A DNA stretch of 64,000 nt from Myxococcales bacterium. GTDB taxonomy: Bacteria > Myxococcota_A > Polyangia > Polyangiales > Houyiibacteriaceae. The stretch's first letter is position 1; each line of letters begins with the position of its first letter. Under the pieces are notes generated by a model. The model was given only the letters and a program-made list of their open reading frames with translations. It had not been told where the DNA came from and searched no databases. The position numbers were made by a program, and so were the translations under genes. The stretch covers positions 2,343 to 66,342 of the forward strand of contig JAGQJE010000169.1 of the NCBI GenBank assembly GCA_020430775.1, in the 5' to 3' direction. Below are positions 52,626 to 62,102 of the stretch, piece by piece.

Positions 52626-53957
52626 TCAACGCCGCGTCGCGGTCTGCGCATCGTGCCGCGCCACGTCCCTCGCCGGCCCGGTCTTCGACGACCGCGCGGG
52701 GTGTGCGGCCGCGACCCGCTCGGCGATACGGGCCGCGTCGCGCCCGACCCCGTGGATCATCGAAGAGCTCATCGCGTGCAGAAAGTGTAGCCCGACGAAG
52801 TACAGGCCGGGTGCTTCGGGCACCAACCCGCTCGCGTGCCGCGGCTCCCCGTGGTGGTCGAAGATGGGCAGGTCTATCCATGAGAAGCCCGGGTGAAACC
52901 CGGTGCACCAGAGCACATTCGCGACGTCGAGAACGCGCCCATCCTCGAGCTGCGGGCGCCCGTCGCGCACCCCCGTCGTCCGCGGGACCCGCCGCACCTC
53001 GAGGCGCGTGAGGTCCTTCGACTTGATCCGGATCAACGGGCCGGCCTGGCCGACGATCTTCGGGCGCATTTTGCGACCCAGCCAGCGGTCGGTCGTGAGG
53101 ACGCGGTGGAAGAGCACGCGAAGGACGAGGCGCGTCAGCAGGAGGCGCCCGACTAGCCCGGTTACCTTGAAGGGCAGCTCGCCGGGATGCCGGCCGGACA
53201 TCCACACGGGATGGTCTCGGCCGATCTCTGCTGCCAGCTCGGCGCCCGAGTTGCCCGCGCCGACGATGAGGACGGGGCCGTCCTGGAGCTGTCTCGGGCT
53301 CCGGTAGCCCGCGGAGTGGAGCTGCACGATGCGGCGGTCGAGATCGGCCGCAAACGCGGGAGCCCACGGCCGCTGGTAGTTCGCCATCGCGACCACCACC
53401 TGATCGGCCTGGATCGTCCCACGGCTTGTCTCCGCCACGTAGCCCCGGTCGCGGTGCGCCAGCCGCTGCACCCGCACGCCGGTGTGAACGGGCAGCTCGA
53501 AGCGGCTCGCGTAGCCCTCGAGGTAGTCGGCCATCGCGTCTTTCGTCGGGAACGTGTCGGGGTGCGCCGGGAAGGGCAGACCGGGCAGCGCGTCGTAGCG
53601 CGCGGGCGTGAAGAGGCGCAGCGAGTCCCACCGCCGTCGCCATGGATCACCGACGCGTTCGTTGGCGTCGACGAGGACGAAGCGCAGCCCGAGGCGTGCC
53701 AAGTGGTAGCCGACCGCGAGCCCCGCCTGTCCGGCGCCGATGACCAACACGTCGGCGGAAGGAGGCGGCTTTGGTGAGAGGCCCGGCGCTCGGGGAGCGT
53801 CTGGCACGGTCGGGTCCGACACGGCGCCGTTCGCTCTACCGGTCTCGGAAGGAGGCACCGACGACGTCGGTTCGCGTCGCGTGCTTTGCGTGTGGGTCGT
53901 GTAGTCCATGGACTCACCCTGACGCACAGCCCCGCGGCGACGCATCGGCTCAATCAC
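52626..53957 (-). CDS. FAD/NAD(P)-binding flavin monooxygenase-like oxidoreductase
   Basis: It has VLVIGAGQAGLAVGYHLARLG (FAD GxGxxG), VLIVGAGNSGAELAAEI (NADP GxGxxG) and FTPARYDALPG. The start may be ATG 53909. Confidence 0.75.
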   Translation of the reverse strand: MIEPMRRRGAVRQGESMDYTTHTQSTRREPTSSVPPSETGRANGAVSDPTVPDAPRAPGLSPKPPPSADVLVIGAGQAGLAVGYHLARLGLRFVLVDANERVGDPWRRRWDSLRLFTPARYDALPGLPFPAHPDTFPTKDAMADYLEGYASRFELPVHTGVRVQRLAHRDRGYVAETSRGTIQADQVVVAMANYQRPWAPAFAADLDRRIVQLHSAGYRSPRQLQDGPVLIVGAGNSGAELAAEIGRDHPVWMSGRHPGELPFKVTGLVGRLLLTRLVLRVLFHRVLTTDRWLGRKMRPKIVGQAGPLIRIKSKDLTRLEVRRVPRTTGVRDGRPQLEDGRVLDVANVLWCTGFHPGFSWIDLPIFDHHGEPRHASGLVPEAPGLYFVGLHFLHAMSSSMIHGVGRDAARIAERVAAAHPARSSKTGPARDVARHDAQTATRR

Positions 53958-54014
53958 CCATTTTTCGACGCGGTGGAATGGGTAATTCCACCCATCGCCA
54001 CCGGTGGCGTCGGC

Positions 54015-55688
54015 TCAGACGAGCGCGTGCTCGTAGGCAAAGGCGGTCGCCGCGGCGCGAGAGCGCACCCCGATCTTCACGAAGATGTGGCTCACGTGCC
54101 GGTCGATCGTACGCGGGCTCACGCAGAGCGCTCGCGCGATGGCCCGGTTGGTCTTGCCCGTCGCGAGCAGGCGCAAGACCTCGAGCTCCCGAGCCGATAG
54201 ATCCCGTACGAGCGCCGGGGCCGCGGCGGTCTCCCCCGCGTCGAGCGCCGCGAGGTCGCAAGCGGCGCCAAGCTCTTCGAAGACCTCGCGGGCGGCCTGC
54301 TCTTCGAGCGCCGCGCCCTCCGTGTCGCCGAGCGCGAGGCAGGCTCGAGCGAGCAGCGCCCGGATCCGAGCGGCCGCGTAGCAGGCCCCCATGCCTCGCC
54401 ACACCTCGAGCGCGCCGCGAAGCGGCTCGACCGCGTCGTCGGGCTCGTCGCTCGCGAGGCATAGGGCGCCACGGGCTTGAGCGGCCATCGCGGGCAGGAC
54501 GGCGGTGCCGAAGCGCTCAGCGAGCGAGTCGAGCTCCCGCGACGCGGAGCGCGCCGTGCCCGTCTCGCCGGCGGCGATGAAGATCTCGACCGCCGCGAGG
54601 AGCAGGTGCGGCCGGCGCCACGGTTGCGTAGTCGTGGCGAGCATTCGGCCGATCGCTCGCGCGGCTGCGCGGCGCTGACCCTGCGACAGCCGGAGTCGCG
54701 CGAGGCCCGGCTGCGGCTCGAGCCCAAGCGCGCTCGCCGCGCGATAGGCCTGCTCGGCGTCCGCCAGCTCACCGCGCAGCCGGTGCAGCTCGCCCTGCTG
54801 GTAGCACGCCGCCGCGAGGGTCTGCGCGTCGGTCGCCTCGGAGAGCGTCGCCCGCGCGCGCGTGACCTCCGCCACCGCCTCGGCCCACCTGCCCTCGAGG
54901 AGCAAGAGCTCCGACCGGTGCACGAGGCACGGTCCGGTGAACGCCTCGACTTGCGGCTCGGCTGCGCACCACGCCGAGAGCGCGGTGGTCCACTCGAGCG
55001 CTCGGTCGACGACGTAGCACTGCTGGCAGGTCGCGATGACGCTGCAGTACACGAGTCCCGTCACCAAGGGCGAGACCTCACCGTTCGCCACGGCGAGCAT
55101 CGACTCGTCGAGCAAGGCGATCCCGCCCTCGGTCGCGCCCTGTCGCAAGAGCGCGCGGCCCTCCATCTGCCGGGCGAACGCGGCGAGGTCCGCGTCTTGA
55201 CAACGCACGCCGATCTCCGCCGCCCGGGCCGCGGTCTCCTGTGCACCGGAGAGGTCTCCGGCGCCCAGCGCACGTGCAGCCTCCGGCAGCAGCAGGTACC
55301 CCTGCTCGGCGCACTCGGCGCCGGTCTCTTCGATGAGCCGTCTCGCCCTCGCGAACCAGCCCCCCGCGCGTCCGGTCGCGCCGGTCGCGACGAGGCGGAA
55401 GCCGAGCCAGAACGCGGCGCGCGCCGCCTCGCGGGGAGCGTCTGCCGCGACGTGCGCATGGAAGAGACGCTCGAGCGCGTCGAACATGGTCTCGTCGTTG
55501 CCGATGAGCATCGCCGCGGTGGCGAGCCGATCGAGGTCGTCGCGACCGAGCGGGCTCGCTGAGTCTGCTCGGCGCAGCGCTTCGTGCGCGTCTCGCCACT
55601 CGTGCCGTCCGTAACGGACGCGACCGGTCGTGAGAGGGTCGCGCGCTGCCGACGTGGCTCGCCGGTCCCCCGCCATGGACGCGATCAT
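54015..55688 (-). CDS. LuxR-family transcription regulator with a large TPR-like N-terminal region
   Basis: The C-terminal HTH is LSARELEVLRLLATGKTNRAIARALCVSPRTIDRHVSHIFVKIGV. No Walker A motif is seen in the N-terminal part. Confidence 0.8.
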   Translation of the reverse strand: MIASMAGDRRATSAARDPLTTGRVRYGRHEWRDAHEALRRADSASPLGRDDLDRLATAAMLIGNDETMFDALERLFHAHVAADAPREAARAAFWLGFRLVATGATGRAGGWFARARRLIEETGAECAEQGYLLLPEAARALGAGDLSGAQETAARAAEIGVRCQDADLAAFARQMEGRALLRQGATEGGIALLDESMLAVANGEVSPLVTGLVYCSVIATCQQCYVVDRALEWTTALSAWCAAEPQVEAFTGPCLVHRSELLLLEGRWAEAVAEVTRARATLSEATDAQTLAAACYQQGELHRLRGELADAEQAYRAASALGLEPQPGLARLRLSQGQRRAAARAIGRMLATTTQPWRRPHLLLAAVEIFIAAGETGTARSASRELDSLAERFGTAVLPAMAAQARGALCLASDEPDDAVEPLRGALEVWRGMGACYAAARIRALLARACLALGDTEGAALEEQAAREVFEELGAACDLAALDAGETAAAPALVRDLSARELEVLRLLATGKTNRAIARALCVSPRTIDRHVSHIFVKIGVRSRAAATAFAYEHALV

Positions 55689-55729
55689 AGCAGACCGGCG
55701 ACTGCGCTGGGCGCCCGGCTCGGAGCGGC

Positions 55730-57634
55730 TCAGTCGATGGTGATGACGCGGAGGGAGGGGACGCCGCCGGTGACGGTCACCTGGTGCAGGCGCAGCGCGC
55801 GCGCGTCGCGATCGCCGGTGAGCCAGGCGGCGGCGGGCGCGCCGCCCACCTCGAGCGTGAACGCGTCGTCGCCGCGTGGGAGGTGGTGATCGCCAAGGTC
55901 GGTGGCCGGCCCGACCGGCCGGCCGGCCCGGTCGAGCACCATCGCCCAGGTGCCGGTGTAGGTCGACACGCGCTTCTTCACGTCGCGCTCCCAGCGTTCC
56001 CAGAGCGCGACGAAGCGTCCGCCGCCGAGCGCCACGAGCTTCGGCCGCTCCACGTGTGCGACCCCGCCGCTGCGCTCCTCGTAATCGGTGAGCCAGCGCA
56101 GGCGGTTGTCGTACGCGTCGTCGCGCGAGAGGACGCTGAGCGTGTCCGGCAGCGCCGGGTCGAGGACGTCCGGGTCGTCCGTCCGCAGCGTCTCGAAGTC
56201 GCGGCGCACCCGCACGACGGCGAGGTCGCGCGAGCCGTCGACGTGACCGATGGGATCGTCCGCGGTCGGCGCGTCGTCCGTGTGCTCGGTCGCGAAGAGC
56301 ACGAGGTATCCGTACGTCGGGTCGTCGGTCGGGACCATGTCCCCGAGCGCGGTGTACGTGTTGTTGTTCCCGAACGTGCCCTTGATGTGGAGCGCCTCGT
56401 AGCGCGGGCCGACGCGGTCGCGTCCGGCGCGCCCGAACGCGATGGAGCGCGGGAACGCGTCCCCGAGCTGCAGCTCGAGGAACTCACCGCCGCCGTCGTA
56501 GCGCAGGCGCTGATCGAGCGAGTGGCTGACCCACAGCGAGGAGACGCGCGTGACCATGCCCGTGTTCGCGTCGAGGTAGGTCGTGAGGCCCTTTTGGTGC
56601 CGCACTCCGCGCGCGTCCGGCGAGGTGTAGACGCCGCTGAGGAGCGCGACGGTGCCGCCACCGACGGCGAGGCGCCCGGTCGAGAAGGCCATCGGGACCA
56701 TGAGCTGCGCGGGCTCGTCGGCGACCGCGGCGCGCGCACGATCGAGGTCGATGTCGAAGAGGACTGCGCCGCTCGGGTCGAGCTTCTGCACGCGCACGAT
56801 GTTCGAGCGGTACTGCCCCACCGCAGGGTACTCAGGGGTCAGGTCGGTGAAGGGGTCCTCGTCGATGGCCGTCGCGAGGAAGTAGTCGCCCGCGGCGTCG
56901 CGCGCGAAGCCCATGATGTGGTCGAGGATCGGGACGGCGATGGCGCGCGTGACGACGTAGGCGTCGCCCGCGGGGCCCGTCGGCTGCAGGCGCAGGAGGG
57001 TGGCGCGGCCGTCGGCGTCGTAGTTCTGGGCGAGCAGGTCGAGCGCCGACCCGTCCGGGGCGACGATGATCTCGGGGCGGCTGCCGTACTGGTCGAGAAA
57101 GTCGCCCGGGCCGATGAGCTGCTCCTGCTCGGCGTCGAAGGGGAGGAGGACATCGCGGACCTGGGCGACGGAGACGGGAGGGGGAGGGGGTTCGAAAGCA
57201 GGATCGGGGTCGGGAGCGGGATCGGGAGCGGGATCGGGAGCGGGTGCGGGTGCGGGTGCGGGTGCGGGTGCGGGTGCGGGATCGGGTGCGGGTGCGGGTG
57301 CGGGTGCGGGTGCGGGTGCGGGCGCGGGATCGGGTGCGGGTGTGGGAGCGGGGTCGGGTGCGGGTGCGGGTGCGGGAGCGGGGTCGGGTGCGGGTGTGGG
57401 CGCGGGTGTGGGGGTGGCTTGGAGGGTTGGGGCGCCGGTCGCGGAGGCTGCGGGGCCGGGGTCGGCGCAGCCGCCGAGGGAGGCGACGCCGGTGGTGAGG
57501 AGGAGGCAGGCTGCGGCGGCGACGGCGAGGCGACGGTGCAGGGCGGGCGTGCAGGGTGAAGGCGTCATCGAGGGGAGGGCTCTCGGCTGGGATCGGCGAC
57601 GGGAGGCCACGCGTTGGGGGTCTCGACTGGGCAA
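55730..57634 (-). CDS. secreted/lipoprotein of unknown function with a ~80-aa Pro/Ala/Asp linker
   Basis: The lipobox is TTGVASLGGC, followed by (PAPAPDP)n and a ~480-aa domain with no motif I recognise. The start is TTG 57634 (gaagg RBS) or ATG 57568. Confidence 0.65.
   Translation of the reverse strand: MPSRDPQRVASRRRSQPRALPSMTPSPCTPALHRRLAVAAAACLLLTTGVASLGGCADPGPAASATGAPTLQATPTPAPTPAPDPAPAPAPAPDPAPTPAPDPAPAPAPAPAPAPAPDPAPAPAPAPAPAPAPDPAPDPAPDPDPAFEPPPPPVSVAQVRDVLLPFDAEQEQLIGPGDFLDQYGSRPEIIVAPDGSALDLLAQNYDADGRATLLRLQPTGPAGDAYVVTRAIAVPILDHIMGFARDAAGDYFLATAIDEDPFTDLTPEYPAVGQYRSNIVRVQKLDPSGAVLFDIDLDRARAAVADEPAQLMVPMAFSTGRLAVGGGTVALLSGVYTSPDARGVRHQKGLTTYLDANTGMVTRVSSLWVSHSLDQRLRYDGGGEFLELQLGDAFPRSIAFGRAGRDRVGPRYEALHIKGTFGNNNTYTALGDMVPTDDPTYGYLVLFATEHTDDAPTADDPIGHVDGSRDLAVVRVRRDFETLRTDDPDVLDPALPDTLSVLSRDDAYDNRLRWLTDYEERSGGVAHVERPKLVALGGGRFVALWERWERDVKKRVSTYTGTWAMVLDRAGRPVGPATDLGDHHLPRGDDAFTLEVGGAPAAAWLTGDRDARALRLHQVTVTGGVPSLRVITID
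57200..57415. repeat. Hexanucleotide array (GGGNNC)n inside coding sequence, G-rich on the template (+) strand
   Basis: cgggagcgggatcgggagcgggtgcgggtgcgggtgcggg... has more than thirty GGG tracts spaced by 3 nt (hand count). It is translated on the minus strand as PAPAPDPAP. Confidence 0.9.
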
Positions 57635-57811
57635 CGGTTCGCCTTCGCTTTTTCATTCCCAACGGCATATTTCTTTATTTATGTAATGCGCTCCTGGGGT
57701 GGGCGTCGCTGCGTGGGCGCCGTTGCATGGGGTGCAGGGGGCGCTTTGGCCGGCTTCGACGGGTCGCACCTGCTCGACGGTCACCGCCGGGTCGTGCTAC
57801 GCGCATCCGTC

Positions 57812-58621
57812 ATGACGAAGCGGAAGATGCGCGAGCGCTACGGGCCCTGGGCGCTCATCGCGGGGGCGTCCGAGGGCATCGGGCGTGCGATCGCCGAGGG
57901 CCTGGCCGCGGAGGGGCTCAACCTCCTCCTCGTCGCCCGCCGGACGGGCCCGCTCGACGCGGCGGCCGGCGAGCTGCGCCGGGCGCACGGGGTGGAGGTG
58001 CGGACGGCGTCCCTCGACCTCGCCTCGCCCGACCTCGAGGGCACCCTGCGCGCGCTCATCGAAGACCTCGACGTCGGGCTGCTCGTCGCGAACGCGTGCT
58101 ACTCGAAGGTCGGCCCCTTCCTCGAGACGCCCCTCGAGGACAAGCTCCGCGAGCTCGACGTGAACTGCCGCGCGCTGCTCGTGATGACCGCGACGCTCGC
58201 GCCGCGCCTCGTCGCTCGCGGGCACGGCGGCATCCTCGTGATGTCGTCGATGGCCGGGTTTCAGGGCTCGGCGTACGTGAGCACCTACGCGTCGACCAAG
58301 GCGTTCGACACCACGCTCGCCGAGGGGCTCTGGGCCGAGCTGCGGCCGCACGGCGTCGACGTCCTCGCTTGCATCGCCGGGGCGACCTCGACCCCGGCGT
58401 TCGAGGCGGCGACCCCCGAGAAGAAGCGAGGCAAGGCGATGCCCATGACCCCCGACGCCGTCGCCAGGGAGGCCATCGCGCACCTTCACCGCGGGCCGGT
58501 GCATGTCGCGGGCCGTGTGAACCGCGCGGTGCATCGGGGGACGCGCCTGCTCTCGCGGCGAGCGGCGACGCGCTTTTTCAGCAACGCCACCGGCGGCATC
58601 TACGGCGAGGGGCGGTCGTGA
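57812..58621 (+). CDS. short-chain dehydrogenase/reductase (17beta-HSD12 / ketoacyl-reductase-like)
   Basis: It has YGPWALIAGASEGIGRAIAEGLAAEG (TGxxxGIG) and SSMAG...YASTK (catalytic Ser, YxxxK). Confidence 0.8.
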   Translation: MTKRKMRERYGPWALIAGASEGIGRAIAEGLAAEGLNLLLVARRTGPLDAAAGELRRAHGVEVRTASLDLASPDLEGTLRALIEDLDVGLLVANACYSKVGPFLETPLEDKLRELDVNCRALLVMTATLAPRLVARGHGGILVMSSMAGFQGSAYVSTYASTKAFDTTLAEGLWAELRPHGVDVLACIAGATSTPAFEAATPEKKRGKAMPMTPDAVAREAIAHLHRGPVHVAGRVNRAVHRGTRLLSRRAATRFFSNATGGIYGEGRS

Positions 58622-59712
58622 GCGGCGAGGGGCCGGACGACTGCGCTCGGGCGCTGTCGAGGCTCGACGCGGCGACGGTCGGCCCGGCCTGCGTCGTGAC
58701 CGGCGCGGCCGGCTACCTCGGCGGCCACCTGGTCGCGCGCCTGCTGGCGCTCGGCTGCGAGGTGCGCGCGTTCGACGTCCGCCCCTACAGCGGAGACGCG
58801 CGGGCCGAGGTCGTCGTCGGCGACGTCCGCCGCTACGACCAGGTCGCCGAGGCCGTCGAGGGCGCCGACGTGGTCTTCCACACGGCGTCCGTCATCGACA
58901 CGCGCGGCTTCGCGCCGCCCCGCGCCCGGCGCCGCGCGTGGGACGTCAACGTCCTCGGTACCGAGCACGTCGTCCGGGCATGCGACCGGCTCGAGGTCGA
59001 CCGGCTCGTTCACACGAGCAGCATCAACGTCGCGATGGAGCACGTCGTCGACGAGGGCGACGAGAGCACGCCCTACGCGACCGGCGCGTTCGATCTCTAT
59101 ACGCAGACGAAGGTCGCGGCCGAGCGCGTCGTCCTCGCCGCCGACGACCCGGGCGGGCTGCGCACCGTCGCGCTGCGCCCGGGCGGCATCTGGGGCGGGG
59201 GCGAGTGCGGGCTCATGGTCCAGCGCTTCATCGAGCAGCTCGCCGCCGGAAAATTCGTCGCGCTCATCGGTGGCGGCCGCTCGCTCGTCGACAACACCCA
59301 CGTCGAAAACCTCGTCGACGCCCAGCTCCTCGCCGCGGCGGCGCTCGCCTCCGCGCCCGAGCGGGTCGGTGGGCAGGCCTACTTCATCACCGACGACGAG
59401 CGCTTCAACGGCCTCGAGTGGTTCCGGCCGCTCGCCGAGGCGCTCGGGCACCGCTTCCCGCGGGCGCGGCTCCCGGGCCGGCTGATGTACGCCGTGGGCG
59501 CCCTCGCCGAGGCGGCCTCGCTGCGCGGCGGGCCTGAGCCCACGCTCACGCGCCGCGGCGTGTTGAACCTCACGCAGAGCTCGAGCTTCCGCATCGACAA
59601 GGCCCGCCGCGACCTCGGCTACGCCCCGCGCGTGCGGCGGGACGACGGGCTCGCGGACCTGCTGCCAGACGCGCGCGCGCTCTATGAGCGGGCGGCTCGG
59701 AGGGCGTCGTGA
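58618..59712 (+). CDS. NAD-dependent epimerase/dehydratase, 3beta-hydroxysteroid dehydrogenase family
   Basis: GTG overlaps the SDR stop (GTGA). Motifs are VVTGAAGYLGGHLV, VFHTAS, HTSSINV and YTQTK. Confidence 0.8.
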   Translation: MSGEGPDDCARALSRLDAATVGPACVVTGAAGYLGGHLVARLLALGCEVRAFDVRPYSGDARAEVVVGDVRRYDQVAEAVEGADVVFHTASVIDTRGFAPPRARRRAWDVNVLGTEHVVRACDRLEVDRLVHTSSINVAMEHVVDEGDESTPYATGAFDLYTQTKVAAERVVLAADDPGGLRTVALRPGGIWGGGECGLMVQRFIEQLAAGKFVALIGGGRSLVDNTHVENLVDAQLLAAAALASAPERVGGQAYFITDDERFNGLEWFRPLAEALGHRFPRARLPGRLMYAVGALAEAASLRGGPEPTLTRRGVLNLTQSSSFRIDKARRDLGYAPRVRRDDGLADLLPDARALYERAARRAS

Positions 59713-60443
59713 CCGACCAGCTCGACAAGCTCGTCTACGTCCTGTGGGGCCCGGAGGGCCGCGCGCCGCGGGCGCACCGCGAGGTGCTGCTGGGAGACGT
59801 CGCGCCCGCGCTCCTGCGCGGCGGAGCCGAGCGCTTGCAGGTCAACATCGCCGACGACCTCGCAGACGTCCCCTCGCCCGCGCCGAAGGTGCTCTTCGAC
59901 GAGCCGGCGTGCGCGCAGGTCAACGCCTACGTCGACGACCCCACCGAGCGCCGCTTCGCGCTCGAGGACGCGATGCGCGCCGCCGGCTACGAGGTCGCCG
60001 GCTACCGCGTCGACGAGCAGATCTACACGGAGTACGGCGGCAACCGACACTCGGGCCCGCGCGACTGGCCCGACGGCGAGCGCTCGCCCGGCGTGCTCGC
60101 CGTCACGCTGATGGAGCGGCCGAAGCGCCTCTCGTACGACGAGTGGATCCGCCGCTGGCACGGCCGGCAGTCGCCCGTCTCAGAGGCGATGCAGCCCCGC
60201 GCGCGCTACGTCCGCAACGTCGTCTTGGAGCCCATCACCCCCGGCGCGCCGCCCTTTGAGGGCATCGTCGAAGAAGACTGGCCCTCGGCGAAGCACGTCA
60301 CCGACCCCTACCTCTTCTACGGCGCGACCAACCCGCTCGAGCTCGCCACGAACATGGCGAAGATGCTCGCCTCCGTCACTGCCTTCCTCGACCTCTGGCG
60401 CATCCGCACCCTCATGATGAGCGAGTACTTCATCAAGAGCTGA
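59709..60443 (+). CDS. hypothetical protein (possibly EthD-like), third gene of the SDR operon
   Basis: GTG overlaps the upstream stop (GTGA). 244 aa with strong GC3. No confident family assignment. Confidence 0.55.
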   Translation: MTDQLDKLVYVLWGPEGRAPRAHREVLLGDVAPALLRGGAERLQVNIADDLADVPSPAPKVLFDEPACAQVNAYVDDPTERRFALEDAMRAAGYEVAGYRVDEQIYTEYGGNRHSGPRDWPDGERSPGVLAVTLMERPKRLSYDEWIRRWHGRQSPVSEAMQPRARYVRNVVLEPITPGAPPFEGIVEEDWPSAKHVTDPYLFYGATNPLELATNMAKMLASVTAFLDLWRIRTLMMSEYFIKS

Positions 60444-60596
60444 CCCCCGACAACCCTCCTGACAGTCAGGGGCGCGCCGCGGATCATCCGCGTGTGACGG
60501 GCGATTGCTGCGGAGAAGTGGTAGCGGTGGATTGCGCGGGTGCTGCAGCGTAGGAACGGTCTCGACAGCGCGACGGCGCTTCCTTAGGGTGTACTC

Positions 60597-61475
60597 GTGC
60601 CTGCGATTTCGGTTGGCAGCGAGCTCGCTCTGGCCGGGCTCGGCTTGTTCGCAGGTTGGCTCGGGGCGGTCATCGGCATCGGCGGAGGCGTCGTCATCGT
60701 CCCGGTCCTGGTGCTCGCCTTTGGCTACGACATCCGCGTCGCCGTCGCGGCGTCGCTCGTCTCCGTCGTCGCGACGAGCACGGCCGCAGGCAGCGCCTAC
60801 GTGGGCGAGGGCCTGGCGAACATGCGACTCGGTATGTCACTCGAGATCGCGACCACGATCGGCGGGCTCACCGGCGGGCTCATCTCGCTTCTCGTCTCGC
60901 CGTCGATCATCTCTGGCGTCTTCGCCGTCGTGATGCTCGTGACAGCGGTCTTGGTGTTCCGGCAAAAGACCGAGCACCACGCGGACGCGCCGACCGACGG
61001 CCAGCGCGGCTTACACCTCGAGTCCGGGTTCGAGACGCCCGGCCGACTCGCCGGCGCCTACGTCGACGCGCGCACCGGCACGCTCATACACTACCAAGCC
61101 GAGCGGTTACCCGTCGGCGCCGTCGTCTCGTTCTTCGCCGGCGCGCTCTCGGGCCTGCTCGGCGTCGGCGGTGGCTTTCTCAAGGTCCCGGCCATGACGC
61201 TCGGCATGGGCATCCCCGTCCGTGTCGCGGCGGCCACCTCGAACTTCATGATCGGTGTGACCGCGATCTCGAGCCTCTTCGTGTATTTCGCACAGGGCTA
61301 CGTTCACCCGCTGATAGCGGTCCCGCTCGTGCTCGGCGTCGTCGTCGGTGCCACCGTCGGCGCGCGGACGTCAGGGCTGGTCCCAGCGCGCGCGCTGAGC
61401 CGCATCCTCGGCGTCGTGTTGATCGTGGTCGCCGTCCAGATGGGCCTCCGCGCCGCCGGGCTTTCGATTGGCTAG
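60597..61475 (+). CDS. TauE/SafE-family anion exporter
   Basis: About 8 TM. It has GLFAGWLGAVIGIGGGVVIVPVLVLAF, and the repeat half has GLLGVGGGFLKVPAMTLGMG. Confidence 0.8.
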   Translation: MPAISVGSELALAGLGLFAGWLGAVIGIGGGVVIVPVLVLAFGYDIRVAVAASLVSVVATSTAAGSAYVGEGLANMRLGMSLEIATTIGGLTGGLISLLVSPSIISGVFAVVMLVTAVLVFRQKTEHHADAPTDGQRGLHLESGFETPGRLAGAYVDARTGTLIHYQAERLPVGAVVSFFAGALSGLLGVGGGFLKVPAMTLGMGIPVRVAAATSNFMIGVTAISSLFVYFAQGYVHPLIAVPLVLGVVVGATVGARTSGLVPARALSRILGVVLIVVAVQMGLRAAGLSIG

Positions 61476-61836
61476 CGATCAGACGAGGCCGGCGGTCCCC
61501 GAGGCAGAGGTCGAGGAGCCCGTCCGCCGCTTCGTCCAGCTCGTGCTGCGCGGCGGGCTCTGGGTCTCGTTTGCGTTGATGGCGGTCGGGCTCGTCCTCG
61601 CGCTCGTCAGAGAGGGCCTCGGCGACGCGCCCGCGGTGAAGCTCCTCGCCATGAGGGGCGCGCCGAGCGCAGGCGAGCGCGTCATGGCGGCGGGAATCCT
61701 CGTGCTCGCGCTCACCCCAGCGCTGCGGGTGGTCTCGTTGCTGGTGCTCTGGGCACGCGAACGCGACTGGCGCTTCGTCGGCGTCGCCGCGGTGGTCGTG
61801 GTCGTGCTCGCCATCGCGGCCGCGCTCGGACGCTAG
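61468..61836 (+). CDS. small membrane protein (DUF1634-like partner of TauE)
   Basis: It overlaps the TauE end by 8 nt. 122 aa with 3 hydrophobic helices. The pairing with TauE is recalled from other genomes. Confidence 0.5.
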   Translation: MASDQTRPAVPEAEVEEPVRRFVQLVLRGGLWVSFALMAVGLVLALVREGLGDAPAVKLLAMRGAPSAGERVMAAGILVLALTPALRVVSLLVLWARERDWRFVGVAAVVVVVLAIAAALGR

Positions 61837-62102
61837 CCGATCGTGCTCTCCAAGGTCGCGCGGGGGCGCTCCCGCGGAGGCGCTCCCGCGCCTCCGCCAT
61901 CGGGCGCAAGGGCTACCGCTGCTTCGGCTCGGCCCGCGGCGCGCAACGGCTCGCCGCCGCCTCCACCCTCGCGCATTCCGTCCGCCGCGTCAGCCTGCTT
62001 CCACCCGCTTGGGGAGCCCAGCCAGGCGGAGGTGGCCCGCGCAGCGCGACACGCGCACCTACGTGACGCTCCGAGTGGCGCAGGCGTCGCTCGGCCTCCC
62101 CC

